A stretch of 63,464 nt of DNA, filler included, from Welwitschia mirabilis (Eukaryota), in NCBI GenBank assembly GCA_051453625.1. It is 4 parts of one record of this genome, joined end to end, with 100 filler letters (N's around TTAATTAATTAA, not from the genome) between each part and the next. Parts side by side here need not be neighbours in the genome. Positions count along the whole stretch, not along the records: positions 37,891 to 60,265 come from JBOZIK010000001.1; positions 60,366 to 63,464 come from JBOZIK010000001.1; 2 more parts are not named here. One strand, given 5' to 3'. Both the position numbers and the translations under genes were made by a program. The notes below the pieces were generated by a model. The model ran no database searches and was not told the DNA's origin. It saw nothing but the letters and a program-made list of their open reading frames with translations. Below are positions 55,200-63,464 of this stretch, one piece after another (positions within the stretch are counted from its first letter, which is position 1; the number at the start of each line of letters is the position of its first letter).

Positions 55200-56750
55200 T
55201 ACCATAATGAAGCAATCAAAAGATATAGAACTTGATCTAAAAATTCCATTATTATAGAAAGAACTCTTAATTTTTAGAGACAACATAGAGACTAACTTAT
55301 TAATCATTTCACATGGATTAGATAGGAAATGAGCATATAGTTAGATTAGAGTATTTCAGATCCTAGTACAAGAGAGTTTTATGCCAATAAACATGAAATA
55401 GATAATAGGATAAGTGCCTTGCAAACTTAGGTTAAAGATACTTCTTTATACGTTATTCCTAGTTTTGTCAATTCATTACTTGGCACAAATGATTCTAATG
55501 TTCCTTAGATTTATGCATATTCTTTTTAGGAAAGTTTCACTTATAGAGCTATCTATGTAGCATGACATAATATGAGTAATGTTTATTTAGGTACACTAGA
55601 ATGAATTTTGTAGAGAACATCCATAGAGTGTAAAAATATGATTCTAAATGCCTCCATTCTTAGTTTAATCACATTTTATAATATTTTAATTAGAGGAGGT
55701 AGTTATAGATATTGTAAGTTAAGGTAGACATTTATTTTATATTGTTTACTCACTGAGTTAAAGATAGATTTGGGTTTTATTTTATGCATGAATATTATCT
55801 CTTTATGTCACAAGAGACATATATTTGGTTACCTTTATCTTATTAGTTTAGTAATCAGTTGTGCTAGTATTTCAGTTCCTTAAGTTAAAATACTAGCAGA
55901 TTTTAGCGAAAAATGAAGAGTACTAGTGCCATCATGTTAGGGAATAAGTAGGAGGCTTTTAAAAATTCAGATATCCTATTCTATTGCTACATATAATTCT
56001 TCATTAGTGAAAAATAGGTTAAAATCAATAGGTAAAATAATGGATAAAATTAGTAAAAATTTAATGAGGCTAAAGAAATACAAGTCTATAGCCAGTGGAA
56101 ATGAGCCATTAGTAGAGAGTTTGTAATCCATAAGGACTTCCACATGATCATATTCAGAGGAGAAAATAAAAGAACAAGCAGCCCTTATAGCTCCACATGA
56201 CATAAGTTATGACTCTAGCAAAGCAACTAATAATAATTTTATAGAGGAGTCATCAGGAGATGAGGCATAGGCTCAGGGAAAGTACCACCTTCTCATGAAG
56301 GCATAGGTGTAGGAGGAGCAATAAGCTTTCAGTCCATTATGCTAGAGGAAGCAGTAGTAGAAGATAAAGTCTAAGATCTCATATGCACTGCCTTTCATCT
56401 TCCATCATCCATGTTATAAGATTCGAGTCTGCCATCCTACTCAGCCATATTCACCATGTTTCATAGTCTAACCACCTCAACCTCTACCTTCTCCACCTTT
56501 AGTATGTCCATCATTATTACTGTTATCTCCCATTAAGCCTATTTAGGTGCAATAACTTTTCTTCCTTCAATTACCATCATTCTTCATAAAGACTACTATT
56601 ACTAGCCTTTTTAGAACATTTATCACTCCTTAAATGTACAAATGTATGAGAAGATGGAATTATGAGGGCCTAGGTGAAACAATAGACTTATGAGGACCTA
56701 GGTGAAACATGTTAGCACTCCTCTAGAAAGTGTTATACCCAATACATAAG
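55200..56750 (+). pseudogene. Degraded extra ('env-like') ORF of SIRE copy 3 with a plant-transposon-protein-like FYAN motif and a Pro/Ser-rich tail
   Basis: ctagtacaagagagttttatgccaat (LV(R)EFYAN-like, frameshifted) at ~55363-55388; located between RNaseH and PPT; homologous to 3290-6110. Confidence 0.6.
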
Positions 56751-58428
56751 TGATGAAGAAGGTTAAGGCTAACATTACATAAGTGACTCTACTCATAGTG
56801 ATTAATTTTTTTTCTTTGCTATCCAAAAAAGGAAAGAAATTTTGGTAAATTAATGACAGATTAGTGGAATTTAGTTGGACACTTTAGCTTTTAGCTTGAG
56901 AACATTCTATTGGACTTAGAGTTCTTGTCTATGAGATATTAGATTGGATTCTTGAGTGTTATCATTGTTTGTTGATGACTACTCTTGGCTTTTGGCATAC
57001 ATTATTGTTATTTGTTATTTGTTAGCAAACTCTTTTTTATTAGTACATTTGAAAAATGTTATGCTTTAATTATAATTATTGATTAGCACATGCTTTGAGT
57101 CTATTTTTGGTATATGATTGATAGCATATCCTAGTTGCTTAGTTATTATATTCTTGAATGATATTATCCAATGGTTTTTGGCCTTTCTTACTCTAGATGG
57201 TTATTTAATTAGTCAATATCTTGTATTATCAAATATCTATGTGCCTTTATCTATTATTCATGTGGTTATTTTTATGTTTCACAAATATCATTACAAAAAT
57301 TAATTATGTACATTTATCTTAAATATGAATATCTATTTTAGTTGATTAATGAGAGTGTACTAATGAGATTTTCCAAGTTTTGGACATCATCAAAAATGAG
57401 GAGGTTGTTGGTAAACTATCATTGTATAGATAGGTCATAATAAGCAAAATTCATTATCAGATCTTTAAAGATGATAACTCATGAAAAGGCTTAGAGTTGA
57501 AATTAGGATGTCTAATAAAGTAAAGATGTTTATGATGAAAACATATATAGATCAAAGACATCTTAAATGTACTAGCTTTCATGTCATAGGTTAATAACAA
57601 CTGTCTTATCAGAGATAATTATGTTGGAAGTTAAACCTAGCATAGATAAAGACGTCTACATGTTCAAAGACATCTATACTATACTAAAATAAATAATAGA
57701 GTCATTTTGAATTTTGGCTAATACTTTATGTTTCATATGAGCTATTAACTTTTATATTACATATTCATGATCATTAAGGTTTAAGGATTATACAGACTAA
57801 TTTTCATTAAATTTTGGGTAAGTTCACTAAAGACATCTATAAGATAACTATGTTTGATTATTAATAGATGTTTACAAATTTGAAGATGTCTTGAAAAAAG
57901 TTCAAGTCAATTAAAAACAAGAATGCACACCCAAAATCTAGATGTTTTTAATCTGTTGCATAATAGTTATAAATTTTAAATGGCTAATATTTGAGATCAA
58001 ATTGCTAGATTTTATTCAATGATATAAAGGCTCAACATCATAGAATAAATCATGATATTTTGGTACTTTAATGATCATACAACTTTTGGAATAGAACAAT
58101 GAAGCATCTAATGCATGTAAAAAATGTATTTTATATATAATAAGATTACACAGGTGATACAAACATCTCAANNNNNNNNNNTAGATCTTACATTATTGCA
58201 TCATTCTCTTTCACTCATAATGATAACAATAATAAGGTACTGAAGTACTACTTCTTTAAAGCTACATCCTTTACACTTGTTATTATTTTTTATTTGTGGA
58301 TCTTACATAGTTGGACTATCTTATTTTTGAATATTGTTGTTAGTCCATTCTTATATCAAATCAAACTCATTGTAAGGAAACCCTTGTATGGATGTGCATT
58401 AAGATTGTACCTGTGAGAACTAACTTTG

Positions 58429-58810
58429 CTATAAGATTAGTGGTGAGCTAAAAAATAATTATTTCCCATAAAAAAAGATAGTACTATCTTGTAAGGAGAC
58501 TTTCGTTATTGTCATATTAGTGGTGCACCTAGAGAAAACACTATTTCCCTGTGGGGAAGAGAGTGTTACCTTGTGAGGATACTCTCATTATTGTAAGGTT
58601 TATGGTTCATCTAAAAAACCACTATTTTTCTATAGCAAAAAGAGTGTTGCTTTACAATGAGACTCTCATTATTATAAAGCTTGTGATGTATCTAAAAAAC
58701 CAATATTTCCATATGAGGAAGAGATTATTATCTTATGAAGAGACTTTCAGTGTTGTAAGGTTGGTAGTGTGCCAAAAAATCACTATTTTATTTTAGATCA
58801 GGAATATCTA
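58429..58810 (+). repeat. ~81-bp tandem repeat, about 5 units, in the 3' LTR of SIRE copy 3
   Basis: Unit starts at about 58429, 58509, 58591, 58672 and 58753; same consensus as 51751-52130. Confidence 0.85.
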
Positions 58811-58977
58811 AAAATGTGAGAGAAAGCTACTCGTTGTGTGGATTTATCCCAATTAGGAAACTATGGTATTTTGGTAAGGTATTTATTACTGTGTTTTTTC
58901 ATTTTATTATTAGTTAAAAATTTTATTTAATAGAACTCATTTACCCCTCCCATCTAAGTTCAATGATCCTCATGTGT

Positions 58978-59450
58978 AATTAGTTTTTACATTTTTCTCT
59001 TTTTTATAATGTAAGCTATTCATCCTTATGATGAGATTAATAAGCTACACATAATTCTTCAAATAAATTCATCCTGTAATGTAAGGAACTTGTTGTAGCT
59101 AGTCTTACTATGAACTACCATATTTTTCTATTATGAAGTCATAAATTTTTTCATAATTTCTATTAACTTACTATTGATAGACTTTAAAAAAATTTATCTC
59201 TTTATAAGTTAAAGATAAACATGTAATTTCTCAAAAAATAAGTTTTAAAATCATATATGCACATGGTGAACATGAAATATTCATGCTAATTTTCCCAACT
59301 CTAATCATCTTAAAGAGTGACTCTGATGTTATCCATAATTCTAGTTGTTAATATTAATTTTAAGGAGTTTGATAGTATTTAAATCTTGCCCTATAAGATT
59401 ATCATAGTTGATGTAATAGGAAAAAGAGATGAAAAGTTATGAAGTATATT
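58978..59450 (-). mobile_element. Probable gag-side continuation of the copia relic split by SIRE copy 3
   Basis: Position across the TSD and weak minus-strand gag-like composition; no strong motif. Confidence 0.3.
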
Positions 59451-60029
59451 TAACTTTTAAGGGGGTCTGAATCATATCTACAACTACATAATGGATCTAT
59501 CCTTCATACAAATAACACTTATTAACTCAACAAGAGAAATCAATAAGAGGAAAAATCAAAATGATATAATTAATCTGAAAAAGAATCATGCTCATATTCA
59601 TAAGCTCAGATTATCTATTCAAACCATAATAACACAAACCAAAAAAAAAAAAAGAAGTCACAATAGATAGCTATAGCAAATTCAAAAGGGACTCACATCC
59701 ATAAGTCAAATGATCTATCCAACTTAAAAAGACATAATAAATTTTGATAAAGCTAACTCTCTAATGTTTATAGCATAAGGAAAATAATGTAATGTTGTTA
59801 AGAAATACTTATATGAATGAGGTAAATTATAATGTAAAGGACCTAAGGTATTAGATGAATAAGTGAAATATTTATTAATTTTAAGTCTTGATTCCAATAT
59901 AGGTAGTGATCACATCCTTTCTAAGGATGTGACCCTTGTCTTTAGAAATGGTAAAGATCTGAAGTATAAATCACATTAGTAGGGCATACAAGTTATTGGT
60001 TAGTTTTAATTACTTTAACTATATACCCT

Positions 60030-60265
60030 TGTTGCGGTGTGAATTTATGCAATCGTGAAGTCCTTATATAAACCTGTAAATGATATAACTTATAAAAAGA
60101 CACACGCTAGTATAGATGGGAGTTCACCCGAATGTCATAATCCCAACAAAGGCACTAGGCTCAAAGTTAGAGAATTGATTTCCAACAATAGTTTTTGATA
60201 TTTTATCTTTTACTAACTGAAAGTAAATAATAAAGTAAATGCAATGCAAAATGAATGATGAAATG
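60030..60265 (-). mobile_element. Athila-like LTR end, same family as 1222-1500 and less decayed
   Basis: tgttgcggtgtgaatttatgcaatc...ctagtatagatgggagttcacccgaatg aligns with 1222-1460 and retains CpGs lost in the other copy; runs into a linker gap. Confidence 0.8.
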
Positions 60266-60482
60266 NNNNNNNNNNNNNNNNNNNNNNNNNNNNNNNNNNN
60301 NNNNNNNNNTTAATTAATTAANNNNNNNNNNNNNNNNNNNNNNNNNNNNNNNNNNNNNNNNNNNNAGAAGAGAAATACACTTTACAAATAAAGTGCTACA
60401 ACAAGGGAAAAATAAAAGATACAAAAGAGGATTTGACTTCAACTGCAACAAGTCTCACTTGTTTTATTACTTGTTTGTATGA

Positions 60483-60787
60483 TGTTATTAAAAATAATTA
60501 ACAAGGGTCAGTGTTGGATCATTTTGCTACGGTTTTAGCCATCATGTTTGTTATAAAAGGGGATGTAGGTCTGGTTGGGAGGGATGAGTGTGACTGTCTT
60601 TCAACCATTTTGAGCATTTATGCCTAGTTATTTGAGCATGACTTGTGTCCTTCGAGAGCGCTGCATTGTTCTGTGGACTCAAGTGCTTGAACTACATAAA
60701 CCTCGTGTGTATTTTTGCTGGTGATTTTGTTTTCTGTTGGCTGTTTCTCTCTTTCCTGTTGTGATTTTTCAACAAGTAGCACCAGAG
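60483..60787 (+). mobile_element. Short copia-like LTR (60483-60774) followed by a decayed Met-PBS
   Basis: TGTTA...CAACA termini, TATAAAAGGGG box, ATAAACCTCGTGTGT motif similar to the LTRs at 27986 and 29030, then AGTAGCACCAGAG; no partner LTR or gag in the window. Confidence 0.6.
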
Positions 60788-60933
60788 GGTAGGGTTTAGT
60801 TCTAGAGAGTTAGGTGATTAGTCTATAAGCTGCAAATTTGCGAGCAAAGCAATAGAAGTGCAGTGGAGCAGACAATCATAGTGAATGGAGCAAAGCACTG
60901 CCAGTTATCAGAGCATAGCAAGCCCACGAGTAC

Positions 60934-63289
60934 GCTTCACAAATGTGAAAATTTTTGGGTGTCCCTACAATTGATTTTTGGCATCTATATAGTCTTAGGG
61001 TTTGAATCTGTAGTACTGGGGTCTTCAAGAAAAGTGAAACGGAGTGATTGCAAACACCAAGTCAACTTGTTAGACAAATCTGGAACATTTGGAGCATCAT
61101 GATGAAGGATATTCTTATCCAGAAACATTGAGCTGAGCATAAGAGAGGAAAAGCGAAGGAACAACACATACAGGTAACCAGACATCACTTGCCATTGTAA
61201 TGAAAGAAAGGAAACACACTCCCCTGCCAAACTAGCTGAACTGTTTTGTGGAGCTATGAGGTGCTTAAGCAGTAAGCAATCAATCCCTAATAAAAGGATA
61301 GATACATTGACTCTAGTCACTCTCTTCTAGATTCAGCTACAAATTTCTTTCTCGAAAACCTTCTCGATATTGGCATTGTATCTCTACACAAACCGTACAT
61401 AGATGGGGTAAGCCAATGACAATGATGATGGCAGTGATGATAGGTTGATGGCAAGGTTAAAATCGGTGTTGGGTCTTGATGTTAATGGGGAGAATGATGC
61501 TTATAATATTTGTTGGGAAAATAGAACCTGTATTAAGGGTTAATGTCAGTGGCTATAACATGCACCTTATAAATATACAAATGAAGCTAACAATGAGAAA
61601 CATTTTTTCCTGTGTGGCTACTTAAATTGAATGCAATCAAACGGAACAAATATCTTATCTTAATTTGGTAAATAGTTGACAGATTAACAGTGCACAGTAA
61701 ATGTGATGGACAAATTAAAGCATCAAAGAAAAGTTTGATACATCAAATAGCAGTGTTGTGAGTAGAGTAGGGCATAGTATGTGTGTCTGTAAACAATTCA
61801 AATCAAGCTGGTAATATCTATAATGTCATGTCTTCAAAGGATTCATGTCCAACCAATAATTGATAATGTACAAGTCGGATCCTATCTAATGTTATGATCA
61901 TGTGATTTATGTCTTTTGCACAAGCAAATGATAAATCATTGTCAGAACATAAAACGCTTGGTCTGTCTTGTCAGACGTAAGAAGGCAAGATCTTAGGTGG
62001 TAGCTTAAGTAAGTTTCTAGAGGTCACCTACAAGGTTACATACGTTTGGTACAAGGTTCTTGTATTAGTGGCTATGATTAGAGAATTAAGATGAAATGAG
62101 GTGGAATCATGCCTGAGAAAATGATGGTTAGTGCAAGAAATGTTGCCACGTGAGGCTGGCCCTTAAAAGAGGAGAATTAGCTTTAGGAGATTGGCAAGTG
62201 GAGGTAGAATTCAACTGTTAGGACATTGGCTTCTATAGCAAGGGTAATCTTTTGAAATGAGGGTTGTTGTAAGAGGATCTTTGTTTGCTACAATTACATC
62301 CCAAGGATTTGGAAATCAATTTGCCAATGATGCTGCTATACCTATAAATTGGACATTTAATAAATGATATTTCAAAGATGCTTTGATCTAAACAAAGTTG
62401 ATGAGAACTTGTTAAAATCATGTTGAAGTATATGTATAATGAATTGCACTGATCATAGGAATGATTTCTATCTAGTTGATATGTGAAATTGGTGGAGGGA
62501 AAGGCATAGTCCTGTTACTGTAGCCAAAATATAACTTAAAAACAAGCGGGGACTTCAATACTGCAAAGACCTTAAGGAGGCTGGCTCATCTGAGCATTAA
62601 ACCATAACTTAGTACAGTTTGTTCACAAATTTAGAGTTTCTGCTTTCACACTAATTAAATCTCATTAATATAATTATTTAATTAATTCAGGATAAGTTAT
62701 GGTCAAGCAACATGTGACTTGTCATGATTCCATATATTCTTGAATCTTTTTGAAGTTAAGCCCCTGTGGAACAATAACTTACTGTTTGTATCATCATTTG
62801 ATTTTATCATTTGGTATACATTCTTTGTCTCTATAAAACTGTTTCCTTTTCTTTTCTCTTAAACATTCAACTTTTGCTGTCAAAGAAAGGTTCATTTTTA
62901 CATTCAGGATGTCCCTTTATTGCATGGTATTAGAACCAAAACAGGAAAACGAAGAGTCAATACATAACATATAAGAGCTGAAGTTCATTAACATGATGAG
63001 CAACTTGGTTACCCTGTCAAGCATTAAGTCTTGAACCATGCCACTTATGGCACTGGAAAGGTCTGTATGCTGGGCTCGTAAGACAACCAAGAGCTGGCAA
63101 TGTATGTCAGGAAAGGCAACATTAAAGACTAAAGGAGAAAGAAGAACTAATTTCTCACGCTTCCATTATTGTGACTTGTGAGTGTTGTCGATGATATCCT
63201 TCTTATGATTGACCTAATGATTCCTTAAGAAAGCTTTTGCTAACTTGGGAAGAAGCATCCTTTGTTAAGTATTTTAACAAAAACGGCCC
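60934..63289 (-). pseudogene. Unidentified multi-exon gene or pseudogene fragment (candidate exons 63159-63289, 63013-63093, ~62719-62763, ~61321-61383, 61172-61253, 60934-61079)
   Basis: AG/GT-bounded segments with T-rich introns (63094-63158 has CTGAC and a pyrimidine tract). Phase-compatible joins give ..GSLLVVLRAQHTDLSSAISGMVQDLMLDRGLNFKKIQEYMES* and ..EETPQNSSASLAGECVSFLSLQWQVMSGYL. Several joined frames contain stops and the family is not recognised. Confidence 0.45.
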
Positions 63290-63464
63290 CTGTGTGTGTT
63301 GGGATATTTAAGTATAGGTAATGCCAACATTTTAATATGTTGGTATCAATTAAAATGTAACGAAGCGATAATGTTAGGGAAAATCAAACGTCTAGAAGGG
63401 AAGAGATTTAGTTAAGCTGAGAGAACCGAGGAAGTTGGTTGAGTCAAATTCCTTATTTAACAGA

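Larger units (their letters stand above)
50635..58972 (+). mobile_element. SIRE-type copia copy 3: paired LTRs, gag and extra ORF, with pol almost entirely missing
   Basis: LTRs 50635-52286 and 57406-58972; TSD TGTAT/TGTGT; PBS TGCTATCAGAGT at 52289; gag ..LFDEINYAYWKIKM ~52370 to *VPK ~54150; RNaseH tail ~54300-54420; PPT-like CAAAAATGAGGAGGT at 57391-57405. Confidence 0.9.

Noticed and set aside
51751..58810. ~80-bp periodic arrays as CRISPR-like repeats
   Set aside because: The whole unit is repeated with no unique spacers, the arrays sit inside LTRs, and there are no cas genes in this eukaryotic context.
60030..60450. Solo LTR bounded by TGTTGCGGT...ACTGCAACA
   Set aside because: The termini are inverted-complementary, but the flanks ACCCT/AGTCT match only 3/5 and the ends are separated by a linker gap.
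60985..61320. 111-aa minus-strand ORF as a single-exon gene
   Set aside because: GTG start, reads through an intron-like T-rich stretch, no recognisable domain; only part is likely exonic.

Overview
AT-rich, repeat-dominated plant nuclear DNA from a draft scaffold with many N gaps, three of which contain an artificial TTAATTAATTAA linker. Most of the window is nested, heavily C>T/G>A-decayed retrotransposon sequence: three related SIRE/Sirevirus-type Ty1-copia copies (one with paired LTRs and a TSD but no pol), Athila-like and Tekay/Del-like Ty3-gypsy pieces, a Tork/Tnt1-like and another copia relic, a solo LTR with a perfect TSD, and several L1-type LINE relics including an apparent ORF1-only element. 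Three gene-like islands keep CpGs. (1) A minus-strand CRINKLY4-related cytoplasmic Ser/Thr kinase (At3g51990/At1g28390-like) with one in-frame TAA just before the Gly-rich loop. (2) An intron-containing CDC48 3' fragment lying antisense inside a Tekay-type LTR. (3) An unidentified set of minus-strand exon-like segments at 60.9-63.3 kb. I see no firm evidence of a new biological system; the best leads are the ORF1-only LINE, the pol-less SIRE, the captured gene fragment and the context-wide transition bias. All family calls come from motif recognition by eye, not database searches, and approximate boundaries are flagged.
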